A stretch of 64,000 nucleotides of DNA from Haliotis rubra (GCF_003918875.1 NW_025765647.1:1674001-1738000); one strand, 5' to 3'; shown: positions 1-13,378, counted from the first letter of the stretch. Notes: generated from the sequence alone by a model not told the origin. Made by a program: numbers and translations.

Positions 1-138
1 AAACTTTAAGCGTGAACATTATTGCCTTATGGTAATGTCAAACATGCACGGGGTCCAAATGAAACATTTCATTATTGCAGATGAAAAGTTCAATGTTGAT
101 TACCAGACACCCAAATGTCACAAAAACAGGTATCACAT

Positions 139-1090
139 TCAGTATCTTGTATGGCCTCCACGGGCATCAATGTAAGCCTGTACTCGTCTCCTCATGGAAA
201 ACGTAAGTCGCCTGATGAAGTCGTACATTAACGGGCTGCTGTTGCCGAAGTCGGAGTTGTCTTCCGAGATGGTCCCATAGATGTTCAATCGGGTTGAGGT
301 CAGGTGAACGAGCGGGCCATGGCAATACATCAATATTATGGTGTTGGAGAAAGTCTGTGGTGATGCTGGCTGTGTGGGGTCTAGCGTTATCATGCTGGAA
401 AAGAATTCCATGATGTTGTCGCATGAAAGGCAGTACAACAGGTCGCAACACCTCATCACAGTATCGCTGGGCGTTGAAAGTGCCATGAATTGTCACTAAA
501 CGTGTCTTCTGATAACCACAACTTGCTCCCCAGACCATAACACCACCACCACCAAAGGGGTGAACATCTTGTAAACAGTTTGGTGCCAACCGTTCTCCCC
601 GACGCCGATACACCCTAATTCTACCTTCAGCATGAAACAGATTGAATCTGCTCTCATCACTGAAGAGGACACGTACCCAGTTACGACGTTGCCACCGATG
701 CACGGTCCTTGTCCACTGTAAACGGTTCCTACGATGTAGAGGTGTCCAGGGCATGCAACGGAAAGGTCGATAGGCCCGGATACCAGCAGCATGGAGTCGG
801 CTCATCACTGTGTACCTGCTGATGTGGTGACCTAATGCTGTCGCTGCTGATGACCTGTCAACGTTCTGATTGCGTTGGATCCGCAGGTGCTGGTCATCTT
901 GTGGTGTCGTGACTCTCGGACGTCCAGTTCGGGGTCGGTCAGCTGTCTGGCCTGTCTGTTGAACACGTCTGAACAGTCTGATTATGGTTTGTCTTGTGCA
1001 GTGGAAGGTCCTTGCAATATGACTGTTGGACGCCCCCATCTGTGACATACCAATGGCTCTCCCTCTTTGCGCTGGTGTAAGTCTTGGCAT
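139..1090 (-). mobile_element. Tc1/mariner transposase, near full length, with a C-terminal deletion/frameshift near 225
   Basis: Starts MPRLTPAQRGRAIGM with a GRPR motif. Catalytic motifs VLFSDESRF, FQHDNARPH and SPDLNPIEHLW are present. The C-terminus IDARGGHTRY lies in another frame. Confidence 0.92.
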
Positions 1091-1474
1091 TTTCTTCATG
1101 TGTTTATTGTCGTCTGCCATATCAGCATTGGGATGAGTGTCTTTTATACCATTTTACAAGTTGATTACATGTGCAAGAGGGAATAATCACAATTTCCAAA
1201 AATCTCGTGTTGACGTGCAGCCACACATATGGCTTCATTTTGAACATATTACCCTTATAGTTGCGTTTGTGAGATCTATTTTCAGTGCAAATCTTGATGA
1301 ATTAAAACGAGCTTCATGTATGGTGAACACAAGTTTAGGTGTGTACTTTCTTTTGAACGTCAGTTTACATATTTGGCCATTTAAAATAAAATTCATTAAT
1401 GTAAAGACGACGTTCTGTTCCAAAGGCTGTACATTTAAATAAATAGTGTTTGGAACTGGAACTGCAGTAGCTGG

Positions 1475-1900
1475 AAAATCACACAGAGAACATATTCTGT
1501 CCTCACGGGATAGGCCACGCCATCTGCCTGTTTCTACTGGAAAATTGTGGTTACTTGTTCTTAATTTCAAAAGCTGGAGATATAATGATTTTTCGAGAAG
1601 TAAAAATTGTTCGAAAGATGGGATTTCTTTAATTAGTTTATAATTAATTCCTTTAGAACTGTTAATAACGGAACTTCACCAGGATTGATAGAAATGATCT
1701 CTTAAGGTCATTTCTACTTGTAATGAAACTCATTTGGGGGAATAATTATATGGATTTCTAAACACATCACTCAGTTCGCATCCTCTACCTTTTTAAGCCA
1801 AACATTTTCGTTTTTGATTTTATCTTACATCAAATAATAAAGGATTGTTTTCGATATCTGACTTTTATTACTAATTAAAGTGTTATGCCAAAACATGATA
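1475..1900 (-). mobile_element. LINE ORF2 C-terminal fragment
   Basis: KLRTSNHNFPVETGRWRGLSREDRICSLCD is the typical Cys-containing tail of APE-type LINE ORF2. Confidence 0.7.
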
Positions 1901-1979
1901 GTTCTCTTCGCTATTTTAATGTTCATTGGTTCTCTCCCTAGCTCGCCATATGTAGAGAAGTTTGCTGTACAGTTTCTTA

Positions 1980-2745
1980 AACCGGTTGATCAGAGCACCA
2001 TATGTCGCCTTTGGGATCGTTTCCTGTACACCTATTCCGCCCAAGATTGCCCGTGAAGCGGCCGTCCAAGAGTTGCCACCCAATCCCAGGACCGCTACAT
2101 CCGGGCTGGTAACTTGCGCCGTTGTATTGCCGCAGCCGTGGAGACTGCACAACGCATCCCTGGTTTGAGAACAATTTCCGACCCGACTGTCAGGAATCGA
2201 TTGAGTGAAGTGGGGATTCGTCCAAGAAGTCCAGTTGTCGCCCCTGTTTTGAGAGACTTCCATCGGCGCAACCGCTTGCGTTGGTGGCGTACAGTCCGGA
2301 ACTGGTCATTTATCCAATTATGGATCGACAAATGCAGTTCACTTCACATACAGCATGCTTCACGGTCCGCTACCTTGCCAATTCTAACGTCAATGTCTTG
2401 CCATGGTCTTCCCGATCACCAGGTCTAAACCCGATAGATTACTTATGGGATGAACTCGATCGATGTGTGCGTCAACGTCAAAACACGCTTCAGACACTTC
2501 CACCACTGGCCATCGCATAGTAGGAGTGGGGAAGAATTCCACATGACTTCGTCGACTTATCCAGTCTGAGCAGTAATTGCTGCCAATGGTTGCCATACAA
2601 AAGTACTGATTTTGAAGCCATCTTGTGGACTCATGGAAACAGAAACACAACAATAAATGCTGCTGTTGTGAAATAATTGCTCTTAAACTAGCGCAGCAAA
2701 TTCTTCTAAAAATGGCTTATGCGTTTCTTTTTTTGAAGAGTGTAT
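1980..2745 (+). mobile_element. Degenerate, internally deleted Tc1 element
   Basis: Fragments across frames: SGRPRVATQSQDRYIR, TVRNRLSEVGIRPR, WSSRSPGLNPIDYLWDELDR, and a terminal ANGCHT-type motif. Confidence 0.85.
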
Positions 2746-3255
2746 CTGCAGTATTGCGGAGTGCGGCGTTAAAATGCAGAACAAATCTTACAATCGAAAC
2801 TTTTCATCACAGACTTCTTTCATGTTATTTTCATTTGTGTTTGCTTCTTAACGCCTTCATATAATGTTTCACCACATCAATACTCAACACCGATGTTATC
2901 CCATTAACTCTGCATGGGGCGTGCGCGATATACAAAAGATATCCAAAGTCAGAACAATTATGAAAAATGTGTAACATTAATATTACTTGTTACATTGTTG
3001 TGTAGAGCCAAGTACTAATAGTTAAGCAAATAATAGTGTGTGCAACATCTCTATATGTACTATTAAACTGTGGCCTCTTAAGTACCAGGGTTGATTGATG
3101 TGATGAGAGACGCGGCAATGGGGACAATCAGCACGGCTATAAATGTTAAACTAATATTTGCTGTGTTAAACAACTGGCGTTTGGTACAAATCGATTACAA
3201 CATGTTACACAGTCTATATTTCCTTAACACCATGTGACTCATCGCTGCACAAAAT

Positions 3256-3410
3256 GTGAGTGAGTGAGTTTCGATTTACGCCGCTATTAGCAATATTCCC
3301 GTAATACACGAGAACACACCAGAAATGGGCTTCACATATTGTATCTATGTGGGGAATCGAACCCTGGTCTTCGGCGAAGTCTTTAACCACTAGACTAACC
3401 CACCATCCGC
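3256..3410 (-). mobile_element. tRNA-derived SINE family A copy
   Basis: Reverse complement of the family A copies at 29263, 31103 and 35784, with an (ACTC)n tail. Confidence 0.8.
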
Positions 3411-3639
3411 TGTACAAAAGTGAGTAAGTCCAGAAGCTATAATTCATAAATCATATTATGTTTGATAAACCGAGCGCTCTCAAGTCACTCTGTGTTTCCA
3501 GTGAATTACACTGCCACATAAGTCTTTATAAAGGTTTGAGTCAGATTTGGGTTAACTGAATGTTGTGAGACAGTGAGTTGAAGTTAACTCGTTTGATCGT
3601 ACAATATAAGATTCATATCACGGCATATCAGCTTCAGTT

Positions 3640-4690
3640 GAACTAAAACCTAGAAAGACCCAGATAGAGCCTCATCAGAGAGATGCTCTTTGCTGACAAT
3701 GCAGCGCTTGCCTCACACACTGAAGAGTCCCTGCAGAGACTCGTGGACAGGTTCACTCATGCCTGCAAATAATTTGGACTCAGTCTGAAGAAGATCAACA
3801 TCAGTGCACAGGATGCAAGCCACGCATCCTCTATCAGCATCAAAGACTACACCTTGGAAGTGACAGCGGACTTCACGTACCTTGGCTCGACCATCTCTAC
3901 CAGCTTGTCACTTGACACAGAGATCAACCGGCGGATGGGACAAGCCGCAGCAACCATGGCCAAGCTGTCCCAAAGGATGTGGGACAACAAAAATCTCACA
4001 GAGAATACTTGCTTAAAGCGGCGTAAAACTAAACTCACTCACTCAGTCACTCACAGAGAATACCAAGATGCGTGTCTATCAGGCCTGCGTCCTCAGCACT
4101 CTCCTGTACGGTAGCGAGACATGGACCACCTACGCGAGGCTGGAACGCCGTCTTAACAACCTCCACATGCGCAGCCTCAAACGCATTCTGGGCAGGACCG
4201 AGTATTGCACTGCGACATCCTACTCAAGGTTGGAATCCCAAGCATGTTCGCCACGCTTGTCATAGAGGCCTACGCTGGCATGGACCTACTCTACGGCCAA
4301 CTTGCCACTGGTACCAGACGCACAGGACGCCCCACTTTCAGGTTCTAGGATGTGTGCAAGCGTGTCATGAAAGTGTGCAACATTGACCCTGATGCCTAAG
4401 AAACAGCTGCTGACGACCGTGACTGCTGGCGTCAAATGGTGCAGAGTGGAATCAGACAAGCGGAGGAGAAGGGAACCCAGCAGGCAGCAGAGAAACGAGC
4501 ATGCCGCAAACAGCGAACAGTCTCTGCTTCTTCCCAGTCGTCCTGCTTCGTCTGCACCAACTGTAACAAAGACTGTCACTCCAGAATTGGATTGCACAGT
4601 CACACCAGGCGCTGTTCACAACCCCAGGACTGCACTGCCAACGACGTCAAGGGACGCAACTCTGCACAGCGAATGGCAGCCAGTTAGACG
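3640..4690 (+). mobile_element. 5'-truncated RTE-clade LINE (3' part of RT and C-terminal zinc finger)
   Basis: MLFADNAAL, FTYLGSTIS, YQACVLSTLLYGSETW and FVCTNCNKDCHSRIGLHSHTRRC, with stops and frameshifts. Confidence 0.88.
4009..4049 (+). mobile_element. 41-bp SINE tail inserted into the RTE with a 14-bp TSD
   Basis: ctcacagagaatac at 3995-4008 and 4050-4063 flanks ttgcttaaagcggcgtaaaactaaactcactcactcagtca. Confidence 0.85.
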
Positions 4691-5874
4691 ACTGTGCCAC
4701 AAATGCACCCCACCTGCCAATCCCATCATATGGTGAATGTGTCAAAGAAGTCCCCACACTGTCAACTTCATCGAATATTAAAAAAAATGATGGATTCTGT
4801 CAGGTCGTACACTGTCGGCTTAAGCTCGGCTGTAGTGATTTGAACGCGGATAAGGTAAATAGACCCATTTCTAACAACCTTGAATGCGCTTGTGGTAGGG
4901 ATGAAAAGGTATTATTAGAACCGCGGTTTTTTGCCCTCGGTTCGGTATACCCTAATGCAATCCAAGAATTCGGTATTTTCAGTTTTGGTACCGTCATTGT
5001 ATTATCCTTTTTTAACCTTTTCTAAAATGTCTAGAAATCGAATCATTTGGTCTAAATCTATGCATTTCTTTGCTAGACGGCCGCTATTTTCCTGGAAGTA
5101 AATTCGAGATCGCCTAAGTCGTCTACTTACAAAGCCAGCAACACAGAAACTGGATTCTGTTTCTTTTTCAGATATTTTAAATCAGACGAACAGCAAAACA
5201 TCGTAATAACTTATGAAAGACAACTTTATCATCAGCCATCAGCCGCCGTGATGCAACACATCGCGTATAGCGCGAGTAAACACTGCCATCCGATAACGTT
5301 TGTCAGAAAACTCATAATAGAACCATCATACTCGATTTCATTTTATGTGATTAAATTTAATATCATTTTCATTCTTTAAAACTGTTTACAGTAACATCGG
5401 AGAAAACGTGTGTGCAATGACATCACCTCAATCTATACGCCTACCACTTCCACTTACCAGGGTCCTCTTCTCGCGCCTACTGCGATATGACCAATTTCAC
5501 ATTATTCTCAGAAATCACGAACTGATTACCGCCTCGTCATCCAAGGACCCTAGACCTGCGTTATGGACTCATTGAAGTCATATTTCACAATTAATTGCCA
5601 ACATTGTTTTTACAATCAAAGTGGCAGGTACCACGGGAAGTCAACGGTGACTTGTCAAAGTGTCTCATATGTAAAATGTATCCAGCCACGTCACCCAAAG
5701 TGCTGAGCCTATACAAATTATTATGTTAAATATGTTCGTAGAAAACATGCATAACACTAATACGATAGCGGTAACGGGTTATTTCATCCCAAACACGTTC
5801 ACCCCAGCACTATAGCAATATATATTATCCCTGGTAAAATAACAGCTTGAGATATAATTTATTCTGGTAATGGA

Positions 5875-5934
5875 GTGAGTGAGTGAGTTATTATTTAACG
5901 TCACATCGGCAGTATTGCAGCCATATCGGGACGA
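5875..5934 (-). mobile_element. Truncated SINE tail with a 12-bp TSD
   Basis: tctggtaatgga at 5863-5874 and 5935-5946, with a (GAGT)n end. Confidence 0.7.
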
Positions 5935-6502
5935 TCTGGTAATGGAATAGAAATTCTTTGATGTTATGTTTTCAGATCGTTTTTAACTGAATCAGATTGG
6001 AGCAAAACATGTGTACACAGCTGATTGCTATTACCGGCTTAGTTTAATAACAGGAAGGACAACTGAATTATCATATCGACGATACGATACAGTGTTGACT
6101 GGGCACAATACATGAAATAGCTGTTCTGTTATGATTTTACTTGACCTTTATTCCGTGTTATGTATAATGCGGGGGTCATTCGTGGACCCCAATACCCGCG
6201 TTATGGCGAGGGATGACTGCAAATATGAGTATGGATCTGGTGGCTTTCCCATCATAGTTCTTAAGCCTTATGTTTGTTGTTGCTACCACTACACAAAGAT
6301 CTGAGCTCATCTCATTACAAACTGTAACATTTATCGACCAATAAAAAGAGAAAGCAGCCTTCTCAAGCTAAAACATATTTGTTTCAAATTGGAGAATTAC
6401 ATTTCTGAGTGAACTTTGAGAGATATTTTGAATCTGAAAACTGAATAAAACCAAATTCTGGAATGTGCCTTGACTGTGTAGTAGTACTTCCCAAGGACTG
6501 TC

Positions 6503-6847
6503 ACCGCCTCCGTGGTGTAGTGGTTAGAGCGTCCGCCCGGAGAGCGTTCGATCCCCGACCGCGTCATTCCAAAATAGACGTTAAAATATGGTACTTGTTG
6601 GTCCCTGCCTGGCGCTCGCCATTAATGGGTACAACAAGGACTGGTCGGCTCGGAGTCAGTATAATGTGTCTGAGTGGGGTATTCATGCTTCACTGCGGCA
6701 TGGTATCTCAGTAGGCTAGCACTATAAAACCAGCTTAAGTCTGGGCTAGTACAAGCAGCCGCACATACACACGCATGCACGTCGTCATATGAGCGAAATA
6801 TTCTCAAGCACGACGTTAAACCCAATTTCACCTCACCTCACCTCACT
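6503..6847 (+). mobile_element. tRNA-derived SINE family C, full length
   Basis: A-box (gtggtgtagtggtt), B-box (gttcgatccc), (CACCT)n tail, and TSD caaggactgtc at 6492-6502 and 6848-6858. Confidence 0.82.
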
Positions 6848-7293
6848 CAAGGACTGTCGAAAGTGTCTCAATGTTTTACCGACTGAAACGAGAGGTAGAC
6901 AATGATTTAGAACAATGATCAGTCACACAGACTGTAACTGTCTTATGACTACTGTTTTGTTTCAATTTGTATAATTTATTTATCTGTGATATGTCATCAA
7001 TAGAGTCACATTCGACAAGATCTGATTCATGTATGCTTTTTGTTGAAACATGAACATTTCTTGGACGTGGTGATTTATTTCACTGCAGTAAATGTTGATG
7101 TGATGTTAGTGACTTTTAATCATACTTGGCTACTCGCTATTTTGACACACAGCTGTGAGCTCCTAGGTCCCAGTGATACTTTAGTTCTTCTATCTAGTCA
7201 TGACATGACAGTTTTGTTCATTGAAAATAAAAAAGAGTAAGGTTATTTTTTCCATATTATTAAACAATGTAAGGTTTGGTTCCTGTTGTCAAT

Positions 7294-7438
7294 NNNNNNN
7301 NNNNNNNNNNNNNNNNNNNNNNNNNNNNNNNNNNNNNNNNNNNNNNNNNNNNNNNNNNNNNNNNNNNNNNNNNNNNNNNNNNNNNNNNNNNNNNNNNNNN
7401 NNNNNNNNNNNNNNNNNNNNNNNNNNNNNNNNNNNNNN
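7294..7438. other. Assembly gap (N run)
   Basis: Run of N. Confidence 0.99.
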
Positions 7439-7509
7439 AACCGAACTGAACGCCTTGTACCGCAATACGTACCGTACAATGGTAAGAGCGTATCGTTTCA
7501 CCCCAGGCT

Positions 7510-7895
7510 TGTGGTCCATTATCTTTTTACACGTAAGTTATACACTGCTGTTAGAAACAACACCTATTTCTATGTAAATGGTCACAGCCTCCAAACTGTG
7601 TTATATGGAATACCTCCAGCTACCAACAATGTCATTAAGAACATAATAGAGTTCCTGCATCAATACACCATTACGACTAAACGATTTGATAAATTATTTT
7701 AGACCAGTATATGTACACAATTAATGACATGTAACTGCAAGATCAAGGTTCATAAACACGTACAATGCACATTTACGATTTAATTTGTCGTTTTTGTGTA
7801 TCCAGTTCTTGTGTATTTTGTTTAGATGATATATGTACTGGTGAGGTAGTAATAAAAAGTTTGCTCGTTTACCAAACCAGATTCTTTGAGAATAA
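7510..7895 (+). mobile_element. LINE 3' end fragment
   Basis: VHYLF...VLYG...TTKRF* resembles an ORF2 C-terminus and is followed by AATAAA. Confidence 0.55.
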
Positions 7896-8406
7896 AAATA
7901 TGTTTAAACCATGTAAAGCGTAATTAAATGTTCCGACAAAGGTAATGCATCTTTGCTTTACAAATAGAATATCAACTCGTTAATAACAAAGGAGAATATA
8001 GACGGGCATATCTCTCCATCTCTCCATCATTTCCCAAGTGAGACAGCCGAACAGTTAGCCGCTCTGTCCTCAGCTGTCAAATGTTTGCAAGTAAATTTGT
8101 ATTAAAATTTGAAACACACCGAATAAAATTTCTGATAGTATTAATTGTGGTAAACATGGAAACTCGATTCAATAAACATGGAACAAAACAGGTAAGAGGT
8201 ATTAATGGACGCTTTCGTTTTGTGAAACACACGTTGGTTTCAAACAAAATGATAAGACAGTGCACTGCATGTTTGACATCAAATAGAAAATAAACGAATT
8301 CCAAATAGTTTGCTCAGTGAAACCCCAGACTTATATTATTTCCCCCAAAATAGATTAGGATTGTAACGATTATAGGTCTCTGGGGAGAGAGTGAATGCCG
8401 TTGATA

Positions 8407-8534
8407 NNNNNNNNNNNNNNNNNNNNNNNNNNNNNNNNNNNNNNNNNNNNNNNNNNNNNNNNNNNNNNNNNNNNNNNNNNNNNNNNNNNNNNNNNNNNNN
8501 NNNNNNNNNNNNNNNNNNNNNNNNNNNNNNNNNN
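8407..8534. other. Assembly gap (N run)
   Basis: Run of N. Confidence 0.99.
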
Positions 8535-8703
8535 GTCTGAAACATTAACACGTACCAATGTTAAAAACAAGTGACCAAACCTGACCACCACTTTCCTATT
8601 TTTTGTCAAGCCGTGAATCTGTTTGTGTCGGAAACAGCCAGTGGCCCTGTAGGGTTGTTTATAAGTTTGGCCATGTCCAATATACTTAAGTTATAAAGAA
8701 ATC

Positions 8704-8853
8704 AAATGGACCATCAACTGTATTTCGCTATAACGAATTCAAATGGACCATCAACTGTATTTCGCTATAACAAATTCAAAGGGACCATCAACTGTATTCC
8801 GCTATAACGAACTCAAAGGGACCATTAACTGTATTTCGTTATAACGAGCACCA
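8704..8853. repeat. 37-bp tandem repeat, 4 copies
   Basis: aaatggaccatcaactgtatttcgctataacgaattc starts at 8704, 8741, 8778 and 8815. Confidence 0.9.
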
Positions 8854-8855
8854 TA

Positions 8856-9226
8856 AGGACTGTAAGTCTCGCTAGGCGCTACTTCCGGTACTAAGCTGGT
8901 TCCCAGTTCCCTTTGCGCGCGCCAACGTGCGATATGCGAGACGGGGCCCAGCTTATTTCCGGTGACAAGCGTATATTCAAGATTGCGCGACCGCCAAATA
9001 TGACTTTAGTAGACCGGACCAAGTGTACAACCATGCTTGGCTGTCATAGCTGTCGGCAGTTGGCTAATTATAAGCCGGGGATGGTTAGATTGGAAATTTG
9101 TATTCTTGCAAGGATTATCGCTTCCTTACTGTCAGCTAACAACCATGAGACCATTCGAAAAGGTATGAACGTCGCCGGAAGTACTAATTAAGGTCTCGCG
9201 AAGTGCCGTGACCGACTTACAGGCCG
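8856..9226. mobile_element. MITE with TA TSD
   Basis: Termini ta|aggactgtaagtc and gacttacaggccg|ta (13/15 inverted match including the TA). It splits a repeat unit. Confidence 0.65.
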
Positions 9227-9309
9227 TATAAACTGTATTTAGTTATAGCAGTAGTTCGCTATGTGCATTTCGATTAAATTACTAAGCAAACGGCAGGGAC
9301 GAAAAGACC

Positions 9310-9800
9310 CCCCAGTTCTACATCGCCGTCTTTTTTCCCGATGAAGCTGTCACAGATCAAATGTGCGTTTGACAAAGGGAAGGGTTTCAGGATAACAAAG
9401 TACCCAAACATGACCCCAATGGTGGGGTTCAATCATGATCTGGGATGGGGTCAGTAGATCAGGAAAGAAACATCCTCCATGTCCGAAAGCAGGTCACGAT
9501 GACAGGAAGGCGCTTCAGTGATGGCATTCTTGTTGTACACTAAACGCCAAAGGAAACGTTCCCCTCCTTCCTTAATGACGGAGGTACCTAGCTTCAGCTC
9601 GCTTTGTGATTCGTGGACGTCCACTTCTTGGTGGGTCTACGGTGACCCCGTACAGTGACCTCTGTCTGTAGCGCTGAATAAGTCTTATAACCTTATTACC
9701 GTGGCATCTGAGGGCGCTGGCAACAGCATTGTATGTCGACCCGATCTGCACCATCCCAATGGCTCTTTCTCACTCTTCAGCTGTTAATCGTGGTATATTT
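9310..9800. mobile_element. Rearranged Tc1 relic
   Basis: N-terminus on the minus strand (AIGMVQIGSTY...RSGRPRIT). A GGSIMIWDGVS-like DDE fragment on the plus strand at ~9420-9460. Confidence 0.7.
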
Positions 9801-10610
9801 CACGTACTTGTGTATCATATCATGCATTCTAGTCTCTCTTTATACCCTATAGAATCATACTACACGAGAAATGGATGCAAGTACTACTTGAATATTGCTA
9901 CGTTTTGGCAATTGGTATTGCTATGTGTAATCAGAAAATGGAAAAATGTTACTTTGCAAGCAAAAATGTAAAGATAAATTTCGATGTTCCTAAAAACCTT
10001 TTTCACAATATCAAAGACACGTTTTACTTGTTACCACTAATGGAAATCAGAAGAAAATGTTTTAAAAGACATTTTTACACACTCTACAACAGTTGTTTCT
10101 TGTTTAAATAGTTGAAAAATGGTGACTTTAAATGGTTTATCTTTGTCTCAAAGCAGAATTTTATTTCAACCTTTCTTTTGGACGTCTAAATCACTGTTAT
10201 TGGTTTATTTCGGCATGGTCGAAAATAGGACAATTTAACTCTTCTCCAAAAGATGCATTTCACCTAAATATGAATGCATTTGAGAATAATTTGTTTGTGA
10301 TTTACGTAAAGCTGTGTTGTTAAGCTTCCTTGTAAACGAATACCTTCTAACACATCTTTGATAGTTTTTCATAAAGGCAGGAGGGCAGGAGGGCAGGAGG
10401 GCAACGTTTCTTTTGGCGTTTAGTGTATATCTGAGGCCGTGTGCTGGTGCAATCGGACTTCCATGGACGATGGCCCATGACTTTTGTTTCAGGGTTGTTT
10501 ATGCCCACTCAGAATATCAAACTTCTGTCCACATGGTATACCCAAGCCAGACACCAGACCTTAACCCTATCGAACACATATGACACGAGCCACTGTTTGT
10601 CCTCCCAAGG

Positions 10611-10728
10611 GGGCGGTGGGGCAATCTTGTGGTTAAGGGTTCGATCGTCACGCCGAAGACCTGAATTCGATTCCCCACATGAGTAAAATGTGTGAAGGCC
10701 ATTTCTGGTGTCCTCTGCTGTGATAATG
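10611..10728 (+). mobile_element. SINE family A, partial
   Basis: gggcggtggg...cgtcacgccgaagacc...ttcgattccccaca. Confidence 0.7.
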
Positions 10729-11587
10729 CAAACTAACTTGTCCTCCAATGAGTCAATGACATCTCTGTAGGAATCGCCAATGCTCCCACCGAACACCCTT
10801 CCTTTGGCAGCTATTCAGCCACTTATATGAAGCGTGACACGACGATACCAAGGTAATCGCAGACGCTACTGAGAGTTGCTTTGACAGACTTGTCGTGATT
10901 TTTGACGTTTCAATTATATCTGTCATTTCGACGGATGGCCTGACTAATCATTGGTGACATGTCGGTTACTAGCGCTGTGTGGCATATGACAACCGACTTG
11001 TTCATTAAACATGCCTTCACGCAAAATTGTTGCTTGCGATTCCAACAAATGAACTGAACCTAACACCTTTTACAGTGATCCTTCAGAAACTTTGAGTAGC
11101 TTCGTTAGATTTCAGTCGGCACTGACAAGCATAACCTGCGAAAATCTGTCATTCATGTCCTGGAACTGATAAGACTTCAGGAGAAAGGTGAATGTATGCT
11201 ATGCCAAGCAGAACGTGTCCTGTAGCATGAGCAGTATTTATCCTTCGTGTAACAGGTGTTGTGTCAGTGCAACACAAAGCCAAATTCAAAGCAGCGAGTA
11301 GGAACGATTGTCATATGTTTCGAGGCTAGATTTGTGGACAGTTATTACTGAATGGACTATAAATAGCGGAAAATCGGCATTGGGCATTCAGCATTTGGGT
11401 CGTGTGAAGTGCAATTGTATGGTACCTGTCAATAGTTTATCACAACCGAGGCGAAGTGCTTTATGCTACACGTTTATCTGGATTTGCCTTATTAATACGT
11501 TTGTCTTGCTATGAAATGAATCAATACTATACTAGTAACAACACAACGCGTTGTGTGGTATTATGGGATATACCGTGTGATGCTTAT

Positions 11588-11627
11588 GACAGACAGACAC
11601 AGACAGACAATCAGACAGACAGACAGA
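11588..11627. repeat. (CAGA)n microsatellite
   Basis: Direct inspection. Confidence 0.85.
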
Positions 11628-13378
11628 GCGCAGTTAGCACACATCAGCTGCCGTCTGACCCGCATTTGCTTGAATTCGAAAATCGCCATACATGGACATT
11701 AGGTTACGGCAAGGTTCATCATGGAGAAATGCTATCCATTACCAGATGCTGTAATACATTTTCCTTTTCCGTAGTAAACCCATGGCGTTTGCTTTCGGAT
11801 AGATAATAAAAGATAAAAAGATAATCTGATCACAGATTCACCTAGCCAGACTGGAATCCGTAATTCGTAGTGGTTTTGTTAACAAGCAACGACTTGTACC
11901 AATCTCTTTTTTTGGATATTTTTATGATGCAGTCGGGGATTATCGATCTTGAAAGGTCAGCACAATATGGACACACTCGGCTGTATGCCTGATTTCATAA
12001 CAATTCTGTGAGAAGAGAGGAACTATTCACTTAAAGTCAGAGCGTGATCACAGTAAGAGAAACATCTTCACATCATCAAATGAAAATACTGATGTCGCTT
12101 GGATCGTCGAAAGTCTTATACTATGACAGAATATGAACATCATTGAAAAAAGTTACAGCTTTGCGTGAACAAAATGAACAAATGGTCACTGGAGAATGGA
12201 GTCAAATTGTCTAAACATAAAACATGAAGTGTTAATGTTTGCAATGATGATCCAGACATTCCCTTCACAGCAGCGACAAAAACATGTCTAGGCATAATCT
12301 TTGACCACATTCCTTTCCTCTTTCCACCCGACATTAAATATTTGGCAAATAAATGTTTAATATTTTGCAGGTGACATCAAATATTCCGGGTGGAGGTAAT
12401 AGCGATACCAATGTACCCTGATAAAATTCGGATGAGATCCAATTTTGGTTCTAGCTGTTTCTTCAATTGTTCAACTCGTAAGCGACAACTTGACTCCATT
12501 CACCGCCAAGTTAAAAGTTCATGTGTGCATTCACTTTAAAGTTAATATGTAGAAGAAAAAGAAGTTAAGACGAAAATCACTGCCATGGCATTCGTTGACC
12601 TAGTCCCAATACCGAGTCATCTGAAACCTTCATTTTGTTTATAACACACCCCTCTTTCCTGCTTTGACACACTTATGCAAAATGCCAACATGTTTCGCAT
12701 ATCACTTCCAGTCCTTCCTTCTCTCTATTGTTAAAACTCCTCCTCTCTTCGAATAACTCCTTTGTTATTGGTGAGTACATTTTGAACAGCTGATGCATGT
12801 AACAACTCCTCAGATTTCAATGTGCCATGACACACGGATTAAGTAGGCCTCCTCATCGGTACACTCGATGTACCATTTGCTGATTCTGAATTCAGTCAAT
12901 TTGTGAAAGACATGTTTAAGAAGTCCCAGGCTGATCGTAAATGAAGGGTATGCTGTATTTGTATATATACATCTTTGGTCACAGAGTTTATTGCAGTTTG
13001 GTCATTTTATTGACACTTCAACAAAGGCCACATCAAGAGGTTGTGTTGCAATATCTACCTGGTGTTGATTATGTTTCGAGCTTTTCTTATGCCAGACTTG
13101 TCAGAGAAGAAGAACAGCAAGAGCTCCATAATCTCTGTTACTGTTTAGATGCTGACTATGAGACACCTCTGAAAATGGACGTATAAATAACACTCCAGTT
13201 ATATAAACATTTACATCGATGATAGGAATCAAAGTTCTGTTGTCTTCCTGTGTTTGATTCTGTTGCCTGATTTTCTTCCTGCACTTGCCACGGAGGAGGA
13301 AGAACAGGATGACCATCAGGAGCCCGTTCCATAAACATCGTCGTCAACATAAGAAATTATCCTCATTTTATAGCACTG

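Noticed and set aside
12050-12930. Possible decayed coding or transposase sequence on the minus strand
   Set aside because: No diagnostic motif could be recognised. A blastx or HMM search is needed.
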